Part shown: one piece after another, positions 34,495 to 46,446 of the stretch
How the letters are laid out: every line of letters begins with the position of its first letter
Numbering within the stretch: position 1 is the stretch's first letter
Source of the DNA: Diplonema japonicum
Lineage: Eukaryota > Protista > Euglenozoa: Diplonemea
NCBI GenBank assembly: GCA_964019335.1
Contig: OZ025730.1
Location: 310,001 to 374,000, forward strand
Length of the DNA stretch: 64,000 nucleotides
Reading direction: 5' to 3'
Made by a program: the position numbers and the translations under genes
The notes under the pieces: model-generated
What the model was told of the DNA's origin: nothing
The model's database searches: none
Seen by the model: the letters and a program-made list of their open reading frames with translations, nothing else

Positions 34495-37400
34495 TCCCGC
34501 AAGAGTATACCTCACTGCTAACCCCCGCTCTCCTCGTCCTCTCAGGAGAGACGTTTCTATCACTCCCTCTCTGCGGCAACGGTGCAGAGGGCGGAGGTGA
34601 TGGTGTCTGTGTTTTTTTTTTTTTTTTTTCTTGTTGTTTTTTTTGGGGGAGGGTGTAGTTTTGTGAGATCCCCAAGTCTTGCATCAGTAACCCCTTCGCG
34701 TCTGGCGGGGAAGGAAGAGAGAAAAGAGGACAAAAAAATGTAGAGAAGAAAAAAAAACGGGGCTTTGGAACCGTTCAAAAAAAGAACACGGAGGAGAAAA
34801 AAAAGGAGAGAAAGAGTATGAGTAAGACGTTGGGATAAAGGACCCAATAAAGGCAGGCAAGAAAGAAGACGGGAAAAGACAAAAAAAGGACACTTGGGGG
34901 AACAGATCCAAAGGCAGCCAGCAAAAGTGGCACGATTACTCCTTTGGACTGTTTGGCGACGTGTTTCAACATGAAGAAAGAAAGAGAAAAAGAAGAAGAA
35001 GAACACTGTTTGGTTGGCATCACCTTTCGTGAAGGCAGTGCCACAAGGAACAGGCCCCCGTGGCAAGGAAGTAGTTTTAATAATAAATCGGTACTTCCGC
35101 AAACCCGCAATAAGAATGGTTCAAACATGGTTCGTTCCTCCTCTTTTCCTTTGGCGAAAAATGCAAAAAGAGAAAGAAAAAAAAAAAAACCCCCTTTTTT
35201 CCTCTCTACCCTTCCTCTTCCGTACCCTCCCCTGTGAGTCCCTGGGCCTCCCCCTCCTCTTCCACCCCCCTTTTTCTCCCCCATCCGAACCCTGTCTTTT
35301 TTCTTCTTTTTTTTTTTTTCCTAAATTCCACTTCCCCCCACACAGGTGGTCACCCGAAGACGTGAGCACGTCTTTGTCACGAAAGCCAAGAAAAGTTGTG
35401 TTAATCATTTGCAAGGGTTTTTTTTTTTTTTTTTCTTTGCAAAAGAAAAAAAAAAAGGGTGTGTGGGGTCCCAACCTTTTTCATAACATACCGCAACGTG
35501 CACGACCCGCTGGTGGGTGGGGATCGAACTAATGTTACCGGGGCCAAAGTGGCCTATGGGTGTGGGTGTGGGTGTGGGTGTGGGAGCAGGGGCAGGGGCA
35601 GGGGCAGGGGCAGGGGCAGGGCTTGGGACGGCAAACAGCATGCTTGAGTCCAGAGAGTCCTGACGGTGAGAGTCCTGGCGGTAGTCAGGCCTGACCCTCA
35701 GGCTGGGGCCCCTTCGGAAGGAGTCGGTGCTGTCTGCGGCCCGCTGTGTGGCATGCCTAGCCCTCTGTTCCGTGCCGTGCCTGTCGTCCCTGACTGATGC
35801 CTTCTTCGGGCTGTATGCTGGTTTTTCGTCCTCCCGCGAGCGCCTGCTGTTGTGCTCGTCGCGCTCAGCATATCCCTCCTGGTCTGAGCCCTTTGTGCCA
35901 TACAGATTGTCGATGACCACGTCTTTTGTCCTGTCGTGGCTGCGGGTACTCTGACTGGGGGGTCTTCTTTCCTCATTTCGCTCTGACTCCACACTCACAC
36001 GTTCCTTCCGTGCCTTCCCCACGTCGGTCTCGGTCTCGAAGGCCTCCCGTGCTGTGTCCTTGTTCCTGGGGCTTGGGGCTCTCTTCTCAATATCCTCCTC
36101 GTACTCCCTGCTCCTTTCCCTGTTCCCGTCACGACTGCGCTCCTCCCGGTCACTTGCAAGGTGCCCAGCACGGCGTTGTTCTCTGGTTTTGCTATCCCTG
36201 CTTCTGTCTGTCCCATCATGGCTGCTACGCTCCTCTCTCTCCCATTCCCTTGCTCTTGTACGGTCTTCATCGTCCTGGAAGGATACACGCGAGGAGAAGC
36301 TACGCGGGCTGACGGGGCTAGCGGGGCTGGAAGGGCGTGTTGCGGTCGACACGGACTCCTGTCGTTCATGCAATGCTCTCCTTGCGCGTTCTTCGCGTTC
36401 CCGTTCCCTCTCGCGGTCCTCTCGTTCTTGTCTTAACTGAGCTTCTCGCTGCCTTTCCTCCCTCTCCCTCGTTCGCCGCCTCTCCTCTCGCTCCCTCTCT
36501 TCCCTTTCCATTTCTCTTTCCGCTTTCTGTCTCGTCTCTCTTTCCCGCTCCCTTTCTTCCCTCTCCTGGTCTTCTCTTTCTCTTTGTCTTTCCTCCTTCT
36601 CCCTTTCTGCCCTCATTCTGTCTTCCATCTCTCTCTGTCTTTCCTCCCTCCGTCTTTCCTCTCTCTGTCTCTCTTCATTCTCCTTTCGCTGCTCTTCTTT
36701 TAGTCTCTCCTCCCTTTCGCTCTCTCGCTTCCTTTGTCTTTCTTCTCTCTCTTGCTCTTCTTTCAGTCTCTCCTCCCGCTCTTTTTGCCTCTCCGCATGC
36801 CGTGACTCGTCTCTTCGCTCTTCGCTCTGCCGTCTACTGTACTCGTCCTGCTCACGCCACTGCCGTTCTTTTTCGTCTTCCAACCGCACGGCTTCTTTCC
36901 GTTTGATCTCCCGTTCCTTCTCCCGCTCCCACTCACGCAGGTCCTTTTCGAAAGAAGGAGCCTCCTTGCGTTTGCGGGATGCGGTCTTGTCCTTCTCCCA
37001 CTGCCGCAGGTCCTTTTCATATGACTGATCTTGGGTCACTATAGTAGTACGGGGGCTGGGCCCACGGGTGTCTTTTGGGCTGCCCGTGTAGAGGGACAGG
37101 GCGTCGGGGTGATCGACAGAGTCGTCGAGGGAGAGGGAGCGCACCTCAGGGTGTGAGGCGGGGGTGGGCACCACATGAGCTTTAGATGTGTTGGTGTGGG
37201 TGTTGGTGTTGGTGTGGGTGTGGGTATACGTGTAGTCTTGGGTTTGGTTTTGGGTTTGAGTTTGGGTTGGGTATGAAGTATACGACAGGCGGTGCCCTTG
37301 CTGCAGAGACTCGTACAGCCATGCTTCCTTCTGTAGCCGTTCTTCAGCGTACGGCTGGGACATCAGTGCTGCTTGCAGCAAGTCCTTTGTGCTGGTCCGC

Positions 37401-37621
37401 TCCCTGCAGTACATTGTCGGGCTCCTGATGGGGTTCCCACACTCCTGCTGCCGGACGGTTGGGAACATTGTGCTGGACACATCCATCCCTCGCGGGGGGG
37501 CGTCGATCGCATCGTAGTCGGACAGCGTCGACACAGAGAGGCTCTCACTGCGGTGGTGAGACGCGTGCACAGAAGGGTACTGCGAGGGGTACTGCGAAGG
37601 ACGGCGGTGTGAAATTGGCAT
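33223..37621 (-). CDS. Large E/R-rich coiled-coil protein with C-terminal TFKP repeats; exons 37621-35492, 34606-34511, 34452-33223
   Basis: HVA|GTATG...CAG|TPSPP...VSSE|GTATA...CAG|THMLTES joins the 738-aa and 446-aa ORFs in frame. ECTFKPSI and ELTFKPNI motifs are present. The 885-nt intron junction is the least certain part. Confidence 0.65.
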
Positions 37622-37844
37622 TTCCTTCGTTTATTTTTCTTTTTTTTTTTTTTTTTCTTACTTCAATTGGTACACCCCCCACCCCTCCTCACCTGTCAGT
37701 GTGTATATCAGCGGAACGAGAAGAAAAAAAAAGGAGAAGAGAAGGAAAAAAAAAAAAAAAACTGATGTCCACTCTAAACGAAGGGAAGGCGGGTATCTCT
37801 TTCCCAAGACACGCATCGCATCAAGTTAACTATTTTATTTTTTT

Positions 37845-38489
37845 TCACGCTCTCGTCGCCTTCTTGTACATATCGTAACTAGCTGTCCCGTTCCCGCTGA
37901 CGGTGATGGAAGACTCAGCTGGGCTGGCCACGGTGGCAGGGGTGCACATCGAGGGTGGGAGAGCAGCAGGGGGGAGAAGATCACCCAGCTTCCACTCGGG
38001 GTCGTAGGTGAAGGGTCCTGGAAGGGAGAGAGACCGGGCCTGCAAGTCGAGGTCCTGGTATGAGATGTACTCACCTCCGAAGTAGGAAAGAGGCGCAGTT
38101 CCAAAAAGGTGTGCCTCGTGTTTGTAAAGCGCAGCTTTGCAGTGGAAGAGAGGGCGGTAGAGGACTTGGAAATCCTTGGTGGTCTGGTCCCAGGAATGGC
38201 CGATCACTTGGTAGTACTGTTCTCCTCTTTTGACGTAAAGGAATTCTTTTCGCCGTCTTGAGGCGCCCGACTCGCTCACCAAAGTTACCCCCACTGCCCC
38301 CATCACCACTCCCAGGCCCACCCAGTACACTGGTCGTGCCCACTTGTTCATCCACCACTTCACGTACCGTTCCCGTCTGAAGTCACTCATGCCCTGCCCC
38401 GATCCCCCTCGTTCGCCCAGCATCTGTTCCTCCGTCATATCACTCATGATGACCTCCGTTTTGGGTTTTTCATTTTCGGGTTGCGCCAT
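37845..38489 (-). CDS. Membrane-anchored DUF1653-like protein
   Basis: MAQPEN start, a TM segment, then KRGEQYYQVIGHSWDQTTKDFQVLYRPL resembling the DUF1653 core. Confidence 0.55.
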   Translation of the reverse strand: MAQPENEKPKTEVIMSDMTEEQMLGERGGSGQGMSDFRRERYVKWWMNKWARPVYWVGLGVVMGAVGVTLVSESGASRRRKEFLYVKRGEQYYQVIGHSWDQTTKDFQVLYRPLFHCKAALYKHEAHLFGTAPLSYFGGEYISYQDLDLQARSLSLPGPFTYDPEWKLGDLLPPAALPPSMCTPATVASPAESSITVSGNGTASYDMYKKATRA

Positions 38490-38744
38490 TGTTTTTTTTT
38501 TTTTTTTCCTGCAAAGAGTTTGTTTTACAGAAACCACCCCGGGGGTAGCGTTTCTTTTTTTTTTTTTTTTTTTTTTTTTTCCTCTTATTTTTTCAAATAT
38601 AATTTGGGAAGAAAAAAAAAAGGGGGGGGGAATAGGTATAACGACACATTGCACGCGATATTTTTTTTCTTCCTTCCTCTTGATATCCGCTATACAACTT
38701 CGAAGGAAAAAAAAAACAGAAATGTCAATGGGAGCACCCCCCTT

Positions 38745-39319
38745 TTAAGCCCCACGTTTAAAGATGCTCAAGATGAAGCTACCCCCATCTTTGAGAAGGT
38801 TGGGAAGGTCCTTCCAGAACTCGGCGTGCGGGAACTGTTTTTTTTTTTTTTTTTTTTTTTTTCCCTCCATACCGCCTCGGCCCCACGAAGCTGCCGTGCT
38901 TGGAAATTATAAGCAAATCCCACCCCAGCATACAGTACAAACGAGACTGCAAGAATGATTAGAAATACACAACCTCCCGTGCACCCGCTGCTGCTGCTGC
39001 TCTCGGGTGCCGGTGTTTTGCTTCCACCCACGATTACCCCATTTATTGTAAAATCCTTCTCATCAGGCTGCCCTAGATAGCAGGCCTCGCTAGCTACCCT
39101 AGGAGCTGTGTTCCATTGCCAAACCAAACAGGTTTCCTCATCACAGCATCCTTTCATACAGTCTTCCTTTGTCGTCATCCTTGCAACGGGAAACATAGAG
39201 CTCTGTGCCGAGTAGTCCTTCCCTGAAGTGTCTGTGGGGAAGCACTCGTCCGCCCCCACGCCCAAAGCAGCTGCACAAAGCATCATCATTATAACTCTTA
39301 CGAGGGTACTTCGTTCCAT
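38745..39319 (-). CDS. Type I membrane protein with an M6PR/ATG27-like cytosolic tail; intron 38835-38872
   Basis: Signal peptide, Cys-rich ectodomain and TM helix. Splicing restores RGAEAFPHAEFWKDLPNLLKDG. Confidence 0.75.
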
Positions 39320-39873
39320 TGTGTCCTCCCCTCTGCCCTCCCCGTCTAGTCGTTCAGTGTGAGGTGGTTGTAAAAAACAAAACAAAAAGGATATAAAATA
39401 AGTGGAAATGGGGGAGGGGACTTGTGTTTGTTATAAAAAAAAGAAGAAGAAGAAGAAGAAGAATCCCTACAGTTAAAGGGGAGAGATATATTCAGTAGGG
39501 GTGGGAGGGGGGGAGGTTGTCGTAAAAAAGAAATTACCTCTCCTCTTTTCCCCCTTTTTTTTTCACAGTTGATCATATCTCCCCTGCTGCATGCAATTAA
39601 AAAAAAAAGAACGAAAAATAGTTGCTTTTTTTTCCTCGCTTTTTTTTTTTTTTTTTTTTTAATCCCCTCCCTAAGCACACTGAAATAGCAGGGCCGAGGG
39701 AAGGGGGGGGGGGGGGGGGGGACATTTCTTGAAAAAAAAGAAGAAAAAAAAAAAGAACCACTCTATTATTTAGGGGGAAAAAAACGACAAAAAAAAACTG
39801 CTTTTCGCAGCCTTCCCCACCCTCTACAACAACAAAAAACTTTTAAAAAAAAAAACCCCCCCCTCCCTCCCTG

Positions 39874-41439
39874 TTAAACCGCGGTAAAATGTTTCCTCAG
39901 CTGCTTCCTCAATTCAAGAGACTCCGTGTGGTCGGGGTACTGCTCAAGCGCTTTCATGGTCAACGTGTATGCTTCTTGGAAATCTCCGAGTTTAAATGCG
40001 AGAAGACCACCGTTGAACAAAGGCTCGTGAATATGCGGGTTGAGCCTGGTGGCGGTATGGAAATTCGACCGAGCCTGATCGGCATTCTGCTTCCTGAGCT
40101 CCAGGATGCCCAAATTGTTAAACGATTCAGCGTGATTTGGGTCGACGCTTATCGACACCTTAAAGGCTTGATATGCCAATCCCAAGTCACCTATTCCGAT
40201 CGCAATCTGACCAATATTGAACCAGGTGTCCGCCATGTTATCATCGCTAGCAAGTGTTAGTGCTCGCTCGAAACACGACAATGTCATGTCGTACTGTGAA
40301 GCGTAGAAGCAGCACAAGCCGAGGTTCGACCACAGTTCTGTGTTGGTGACACCCATTTGCAGTAGCCTTCTGTACAGGCGGAGTGCTATCTCTGGTTGAT
40401 CATCGTAAAAATGATTTGAAGCAAGACATGCGATCGCTTCTGAGTTTGAAGAGTCCAACGCAAGAACTTGTTTGTAATACGAAACAGCGTGTTCTTGATT
40501 GTTTAGATGTTCGTGGACCCTTGCCGATGCCAGGAGCAGGTGTGTGTCTGTTGGGTGGGTTTCGTTTCCCTTTTCGAACAGTTCCAAGGCTGTCAAGGGT
40601 TGATCGAGCTTTTGAAACACCTTCCCGAGCTCCAGCCTCGTCACCACCATTGATTGGTTTTTCAAACTGCTTTTGAACTGTTTCTCCGCGTCACGGTACA
40701 GCCCTAATTGATACAGTGACTTTCCCAACCTTGCCTTCCACCACCAATCGTTGTATTGAACGATTTTTGTCGCCTCAGCCCCGAGCTCCAACGCCTTCAT
40801 AGGGTTGCGCTCGTGGTATAGAATAAAATCACACAAAACCTTTGCAAGCGGAGGCCGTTGCGCGTACCTCTTCATGTCAAGCTTGTCGATGTTGATAAAG
40901 GGCCCCTCCACCTCTGATATCATGGATGCAGTGCCCAGTCGGACATATCTCCCAGCGGATGTTACAGGACGTGCGGATCCTGGCCGAGCACCTTGGAATG
41001 CTGACTCCACCGAACCTGATTTTGTACCAGGACGGGATTGTGTCCCAGGGCGAAGGAAGCCAGATTGAGGACGGCCCGAACCGCTGGACGGGCGGACTGC
41101 TTGGGATACTTGAGACGATGATGTGTTGGGGCGTTCGAACGAGGTACCCGGTCTTGGCATTCCTGAGATGGCGTTTTCGTCCAAAAGAAGTTCCGCCACG
41201 CCTTCGTCTTCCATTTCCGTGTCGTCGATCCAGCTTTTTTGCGTCAGGGATTTTGTCTTGATCCACCACACTTGTTTGTCGAGGGCGTTCTCCTCCAGGA
41301 TCGAGGTGCAGTTCTCGATGGCCTTGTCGTACCTCCTCCGCCTCATGAGCGATAGTGCGTACACCGCCCTGTCCAGCTTGTTGGGCGGCAGCTCCGGTTC
41401 CTTCGCAGACTCGTCGTCATACGGCTGCGGTTGTACCAT
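39874..41439 (-). CDS. BBS8: BBSome subunit BBS8 / tetratricopeptide repeat protein 8
   Basis: PRPGTS, RPVTSAGRYVRLGTASM, DWWWKARLGK, QPEIALRLYRRLLQMG, NLGLCCFYASQYDM and a TPR array. Confidence 0.95.
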   Translation of the reverse strand: MVQPQPYDDESAKEPELPPNKLDRAVYALSLMRRRRYDKAIENCTSILEENALDKQVWWIKTKSLTQKSWIDDTEMEDEGVAELLLDENAISGMPRPGTSFERPNTSSSQVSQAVRPSSGSGRPQSGFLRPGTQSRPGTKSGSVESAFQGARPGSARPVTSAGRYVRLGTASMISEVEGPFINIDKLDMKRYAQRPPLAKVLCDFILYHERNPMKALELGAEATKIVQYNDWWWKARLGKSLYQLGLYRDAEKQFKSSLKNQSMVVTRLELGKVFQKLDQPLTALELFEKGNETHPTDTHLLLASARVHEHLNNQEHAVSYYKQVLALDSSNSEAIACLASNHFYDDQPEIALRLYRRLLQMGVTNTELWSNLGLCCFYASQYDMTLSCFERALTLASDDNMADTWFNIGQIAIGIGDLGLAYQAFKVSISVDPNHAESFNNLGILELRKQNADQARSNFHTATRLNPHIHEPLFNGGLLAFKLGDFQEAYTLTMKALEQYPDHTESLELRKQLRKHFTAV

Positions 41440-41607
41440 GTTCCCTTTTTTTTTTTCTTTTTTTTTTTTTTTGTGAGGTTTGGTGCTTCGTTTTTATCAG
41501 TTAACAATGGGGGAAAAAAAAGGGGGGGGGGGAACCCCGAAGGGATATATGACTTATTTGAAAGAGGCCGCATCGCACCCAGCCGGGGAACTTTGCACAC
41601 GGGAACG

Positions 41608-41641
<34 letters not shown>

Positions 41642-42066
41642 GTGTTCCCGTGAAAATTCAAACTCTATTAACCGGAGAAAGAAAAACTAAGAGATATACA
41701 GTAGTTCTGCATTAGACTCTGTATTTGCATTGTGCTTTGCACGATGCATCCCCTACAAGAAAAAAAGTCGATGTCACGTTCAAACTCCGCGCGAGAGCCG
41801 CAGGTCCCTAGAAGAAGGGGAAGGGGTATGGTCAGTACTAGGTATCTCTCAGTTTCGGACATATCTCGCAACTCCTCCAGGTAACTATCCTCTTCAGGCG
41901 AGAGACACCCTTCAATGGCTCCTACTAGCGTCCCAGCAGGTTTGGAGAGTACTTTTCACCAAAAAAAAAAAAAGATGACAACAACAACCAAACGAAGAAG
42001 AAGAAAAAAAAGGTGTCTTTGAAGGGAACCTGCAGTATGTGACAGGATCGCCTAACGACAATCAAC

Positions 42067-45000
42067 TCATCTAGTGTTTGATCCCTTCTGTCGTGGTAGT
42101 GCCTTAGGCCCGTCGTAGTATCTCATCAGCAGCTTGGGCGTGAAACCGACTAGCGAGTTGTTGAGGATGCAATGCGTTCGCAGTTGCTCCTCTAGGATCG
42201 GGTGGGTTGCCTTCGGGGACGCGAAGACCGGACGAGTGGAGTATCCAATGATGGAATGGCTGTGGAGCCCCAGGGTACGCAGTGAGTGTACTGACTTCTT
42301 AGTTTCTGCTGGAATCAGGTGATTCCCCGTTCCTGTTCTGTGTGCCCTGTCCAGGACGTTGAGGATTCTTCCGATTTTCCTAGCCCAGCATGCCAGGTCT
42401 TCACCACCCATGTGGATTCTCTCCGTTGCTATGAAGTCGACAGCAAGCTCCGCCTTGGACACTTGCCCTCCATCCTTGCCCCATTTCAGGGCACTCAGCC
42501 ATTTGAGGACAAACGGGATCAGCCCCGGGAAGTACTTCTTCCCCAGCCCGTGCTTGTGATACCAAATGAGGGGTTTCGGTTCTAATAGGTTTCCCGGTTG
42601 GAATGGTCTTTTCCAGAAGTGCAGATTGTCGTATCTGACCTGCTTCTCGGTGTGCAGGCTCTCGAGTTTCCCCGCAATTTCCGCAAACATCAGGTGTAGT
42701 TCCTTGACACTTGTCAGGCTTATGTCCATATCAGAGGTAATAATGCCGTGTAGTCGGGCGCAGCTTGGCCAGCTGACGTGGTCTTGCACCAGCCGAATGC
42801 GGTCAGTGTTGGTCGTTCTGCAGTCGGCGTGCGCTGGGCATTGCCAGATCGTATGTTGTAGTAGGGAGCTGGTCCCGTTCCCAATGTTATATGGTGTGCC
42901 ACACCCCAGGCATTTCGTATGTGAGCCGTTCATGTCGCCGTAAGCTCTGGGGTGTAGGGGAAGCATCGCGCCCGCAATGGCACAAAGTATCCTCCTTGCT
43001 TTCTGTGGGTTGGTGGTCGTCACCTCGTTGTGGAGGAAGTTCGTTTTCTCCTCGTCAATGCCTGTTTCGACCCCCTGGTAGGTGTCTCGCTCTTCGGCCA
43101 GATCCTCACGTAGTTTGGCTTTCAGCAGCGTCCTGATCTCGTGTTTCAGGAGCTGTTTGCCTTGCGGTCGTATCTTCGTCTGGAAGTCCTTCCACCTTGA
43201 CCCTATTTCTCGGAGCCATAGGTCTGCATTGGCAAATGGTCCCATCGGAAATGATGGAGAGCCTTGATCCCTTGCTCTCCTGTACGCTTCCCAGCATGAT
43301 ATGAAAAGGGACTTGTTCGAATGTCGTGTGCAAAGTCGTCCCAGAGTAGAGATGGCCTTGTAGATCGCAGTAGAGTACGGGTCCAGGGTGTGTCCCTTAT
43401 GGGCAATTCCCAGCAGGGCGCTGGAGGAGCGCATTGGGTTGCGGGCACCCCAGACGCAAAGAGTGATCCGCTTCTTCAATTTCTCCAGCCAAGAGTCCGG
43501 GATCGGGTCGAACAGGATGCCGTAGAAGGCGGATGGCAGGATGTTCTCTGCGATGATCCGTACCTTGCGATCGTGGTATAGCCTAGTTGAGGCGAGGCGT
43601 TCTATTTCGGCCAGGGCTTTGTGGACCCTCGAGTTATCCCTCCTGCTCGGCTGGAAGTAGATTTGTACCCCTAAGATTTGCAGACTACTGGTCGTGGCAA
43701 AGGTCTCTCCGTTCAACTTCACATTCCCCCGGTATTTGGGTTTCGTTCCAAATGACCTGGTCTTCTTCGGGTGTACGGTCATCCCCGTGAGCTTGCAAAG
43801 GCTGCCTAGTAGATTTACGGAACGCTGAACCGCGGCCTCCGAGGTAATTGACGTGAAGTTAAGGTCGTCTGCATATGACACTGGGTGTGCGTTTCTTGGA
43901 TTTGCCGTACATTTCTTGGTGAAGATGGCAAGGATTGCGTTGATGAAAACGGGCGAGATCGGGCATCCCTGGAGTATTCCATTCGTGGTTCGGAATGGAG
44001 CACCTACTCCCACGGGGAAACGTAGGCGGCGGATTAGGTCAGAGTAGATGGCCTTGATCGGTCTCAGGATGAGCTGGCTTAGGCCTAACCGATCGACCAG
44101 TTCGAACGTGAGTGCGTGGGGGACAGAGTCAAAGCATTTCTTGAAGTCGACCGAGAGACCCCAAAGGTGGTTGCCAGATACTTTTGCCAACTCCACACTG
44201 GTGCAGACCTTCGCGAGGAGGTCATCTGTGCTGTGTTCCGGTCTGAAGCCGAATTGGAGCGGAGTAATCCACTCCTCTTGCCATTCGAGGATGGCTGGTA
44301 GTCGTGCGCCAGCCCAGAGCCGATAGAATGCGCTCGATACAGTAATAGGTCTGTGATCTAGCGGCTCTTCGGATTCTCCTTTCGGGATCATCGTAACAAG
44401 CGCGGTCAGGACTGCCTTTGGCCATCGTCCCTCATCCTCAATCCAGTTGTATAGGAAGATGAATCCCTCTAGCAGGGCATCTGGTAAGTGGGCGAGTTCG
44501 CAGAGCCTCCATCCATCAATCCCAGCGCATTCCTGTTTCTCCTTCTTACTCAGCACTCTTCGCAGGTCTTCTAGCGTGATCGCGAGGTCGACCATGGGGT
44601 GGTGGGTGATCTGCGACCCAAAAGTTTCCTCAAAAGAATCAAAACTCGGCTCAGGGTGGTCCTCGTATTTGCGGAAGATGTGGCGCCATGCCGACCTGAA
44701 GGCTTGGTCTATCTCTTCGACTGAGGTCGAGAGGGTACCGTTCGTGTTTGCTGCAACTAGCTCTCTATTTGGCTTGTCCGTCACAAATTGCATAATCGCG
44801 CTCCGGTTCACCGAGAAACCCGAGTTCAGATCCCTCCGTGCCTTCACGTTGCGCAGGATCTTCGAAGCGATGTCCATGTTCCGTTGTCGTGCCGTAACGT
44901 TCTCCCGAATCAGGTCTGCTTCCTTGACGATGTTACCCTCGGAGAAGGTTTCCGGGTGGAACCGTAGGATCTTAATTGCCTTTGCCTTAATATTGTCCCA

Positions 45001-46239
45001 GCTCTTGCGTAGGTCATACGGCAGGGCCGGGTCTTTCAACAGTGGGACTCTCCGCACAATAGCGGCTGCACTCTGCCGGATTTTCTCAAGTGTTAGGTAC
45101 TTTTTAGAGACTGCCCCAAATGCTGTCATCGTAGACGGAGCCGCCGTCCTCCGCATGCTGGGGGTATTAATCACGCCTCTGCCAGAGTAGATCGAATTCT
45201 CCAGCTGCGCCGTTCCACTCAAAAGGTGTTTCTCGCAAGCAGAAGAAAGCTCTAAGAAAGCTGCATCCAGGTCCCCGTTGTCTTTCAGGGATCTCAAAGT
45301 AGGGAGAATGTCGCTGTACGGAGCGCGGTTCCGGGAGTCATGGAGAGGGATGATCTTCTTGGGTATACTGTACTGGAGTGAGGGCTCGTAGAATCTCGGC
45401 ATATCGATTCTAATTACTAGTGCGCGGTGTGAGGGTACGCCAATGTCCAGAGTCTGGCAGTCGGTCAGCGCCATCGCAGCTGTCTTGTTCACCAAGATGT
45501 AGTCTGGCCTCGTCTTCGCTGTTGCAGTTACGAAGGTAGGAGGGGCTTGTGTTCCATGTAGGCGCGATATTTTGTTCGAAGCGTCTGTCCAATGTTGAGA
45601 GAGGGCGTGCGAGAGGACCGGGGAGTCCATTATCGTCGTGTTGAAGTCTCCTGTCACAATGACCGGAACGTCCCCCAGCTGAGCCGATCTCTGTAGGGTG
45701 TCGGATATTAGCGCCTCCCTATTTCTCTTGGCGTGTCTGGAGCCGTCGCTTACCTGGCAGTAGAGGGTGATAATGTGTAACCAGTCACGTTTCCCAATCG
45801 CGACTCTTACATGTACCCTTCGCGAGTTGGTGTTGTGGTCCTCGAAAAGGGAGGATTCCTTCTTAGCTGTCAGTTGCTTGTTCACCATAATTCCCACGCC
45901 TCCTCTTTGGGCGATTGAGGGGGATTCTGCACCTTTTGACACCTTCCCTTGTTGTGGGGGTCCCCAAAAGAGACGGTGTTCTTTTAGGAAAACGTCTTGC
46001 TTCGCTTCCTTGTCCATCATCCATTGCCCCGCTTGCGTAAGGGCGGTCTCTTGCAGGCAAATCACGTCAAACTCCTGTAGTTTGACCCTGTTCAGCTGAT
46101 TTGGGAGGTTCGTCACGTTCACAGAGATAATAGTGATTTCCTTCTTCCCCTTCTCGGGCCCCGGATTGGGGTGGACGTCACCGTGTGTCATGAGCCGTTT
46201 CCTCGCTTCTCGCGCAATGGACCGCTTCGACCTTTTCAT
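42067..46239 (-). CDS. LINE-B ORF2: 2A-like peptide, AP endonuclease, reverse transcriptase, CCHC-like finger
   Basis: GDVHPNPGP; SVNVTNL, CLQET, GDFN, RPDY, PSH; HRPIT, QFGFR, VDFKKCFD, GILQGCP, YADD; CLGC...HTIWQC. First ATG at 46239, but the frame is open back to the ORF1 stop. Confidence 0.95.
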   Translation of the reverse strand: MKRSKRSIAREARKRLMTHGDVHPNPGPEKGKKEITIISVNVTNLPNQLNRVKLQEFDVICLQETALTQAGQWMMDKEAKQDVFLKEHRLFWGPPQQGKVSKGAESPSIAQRGGVGIMVNKQLTAKKESSLFEDHNTNSRRVHVRVAIGKRDWLHIITLYCQVSDGSRHAKRNREALISDTLQRSAQLGDVPVIVTGDFNTTIMDSPVLSHALSQHWTDASNKISRLHGTQAPPTFVTATAKTRPDYILVNKTAAMALTDCQTLDIGVPSHRALVIRIDMPRFYEPSLQYSIPKKIIPLHDSRNRAPYSDILPTLRSLKDNGDLDAAFLELSSACEKHLLSGTAQLENSIYSGRGVINTPSMRRTAAPSTMTAFGAVSKKYLTLEKIRQSAAAIVRRVPLLKDPALPYDLRKSWDNIKAKAIKILRFHPETFSEGNIVKEADLIRENVTARQRNMDIASKILRNVKARRDLNSGFSVNRSAIMQFVTDKPNRELVAANTNGTLSTSVEEIDQAFRSAWRHIFRKYEDHPEPSFDSFEETFGSQITHHPMVDLAITLEDLRRVLSKKEKQECAGIDGWRLCELAHLPDALLEGFIFLYNWIEDEGRWPKAVLTALVTMIPKGESEEPLDHRPITVSSAFYRLWAGARLPAILEWQEEWITPLQFGFRPEHSTDDLLAKVCTSVELAKVSGNHLWGLSVDFKKCFDSVPHALTFELVDRLGLSQLILRPIKAIYSDLIRRLRFPVGVGAPFRTTNGILQGCPISPVFINAILAIFTKKCTANPRNAHPVSYADDLNFTSITSEAAVQRSVNLLGSLCKLTGMTVHPKKTRSFGTKPKYRGNVKLNGETFATTSSLQILGVQIYFQPSRRDNSRVHKALAEIERLASTRLYHDRKVRIIAENILPSAFYGILFDPIPDSWLEKLKKRITLCVWGARNPMRSSSALLGIAHKGHTLDPYSTAIYKAISTLGRLCTRHSNKSLFISCWEAYRRARDQGSPSFPMGPFANADLWLREIGSRWKDFQTKIRPQGKQLLKHEIRTLLKAKLREDLAEERDTYQGVETGIDEEKTNFLHNEVTTTNPQKARRILCAIAGAMLPLHPRAYGDMNGSHTKCLGCGTPYNIGNGTSSLLQHTIWQCPAHADCRTTNTDRIRLVQDHVSWPSCARLHGIITSDMDISLTSVKELHLMFAEIAGKLESLHTEKQVRYDNLHFWKRPFQPGNLLEPKPLIWYHKHGLGKKYFPGLIPFVLKWLSALKWGKDGGQVSKAELAVDFIATERIHMGGEDLACWARKIGRILNVLDRAHRTGTGNHLIPAETKKSVHSLRTLGLHSHSIIGYSTRPVFASPKATHPILEEQLRTHCILNNSLVGFTPKLLMRYYDGPKALPRQKGSNTR

Positions 46240-46446
46240 AATGAGGAAATGTGCCCGCGGGAGGTGGATTATTGCCAACGAGTAGATCAGATGATTGTTT
46301 TCGGTCGGGGAGCCGAACCAGTCGCAGGAGAGAGGGGCAAAGGGGCGTGGTGTGGCCGAAAAGGTTAGGAGGTCAATGATTGATAGACTAATAATGATGA
46401 TGATGGGGAGGGATAGAATTTCCCCGAGATGCCTCAGACCCTCCTG

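Noticed and set aside
41668-41960. Short coding-like stretch next to the LINE-B 3' end
   Set aside because: No ATG start, recognisable motif or supported splice partner.
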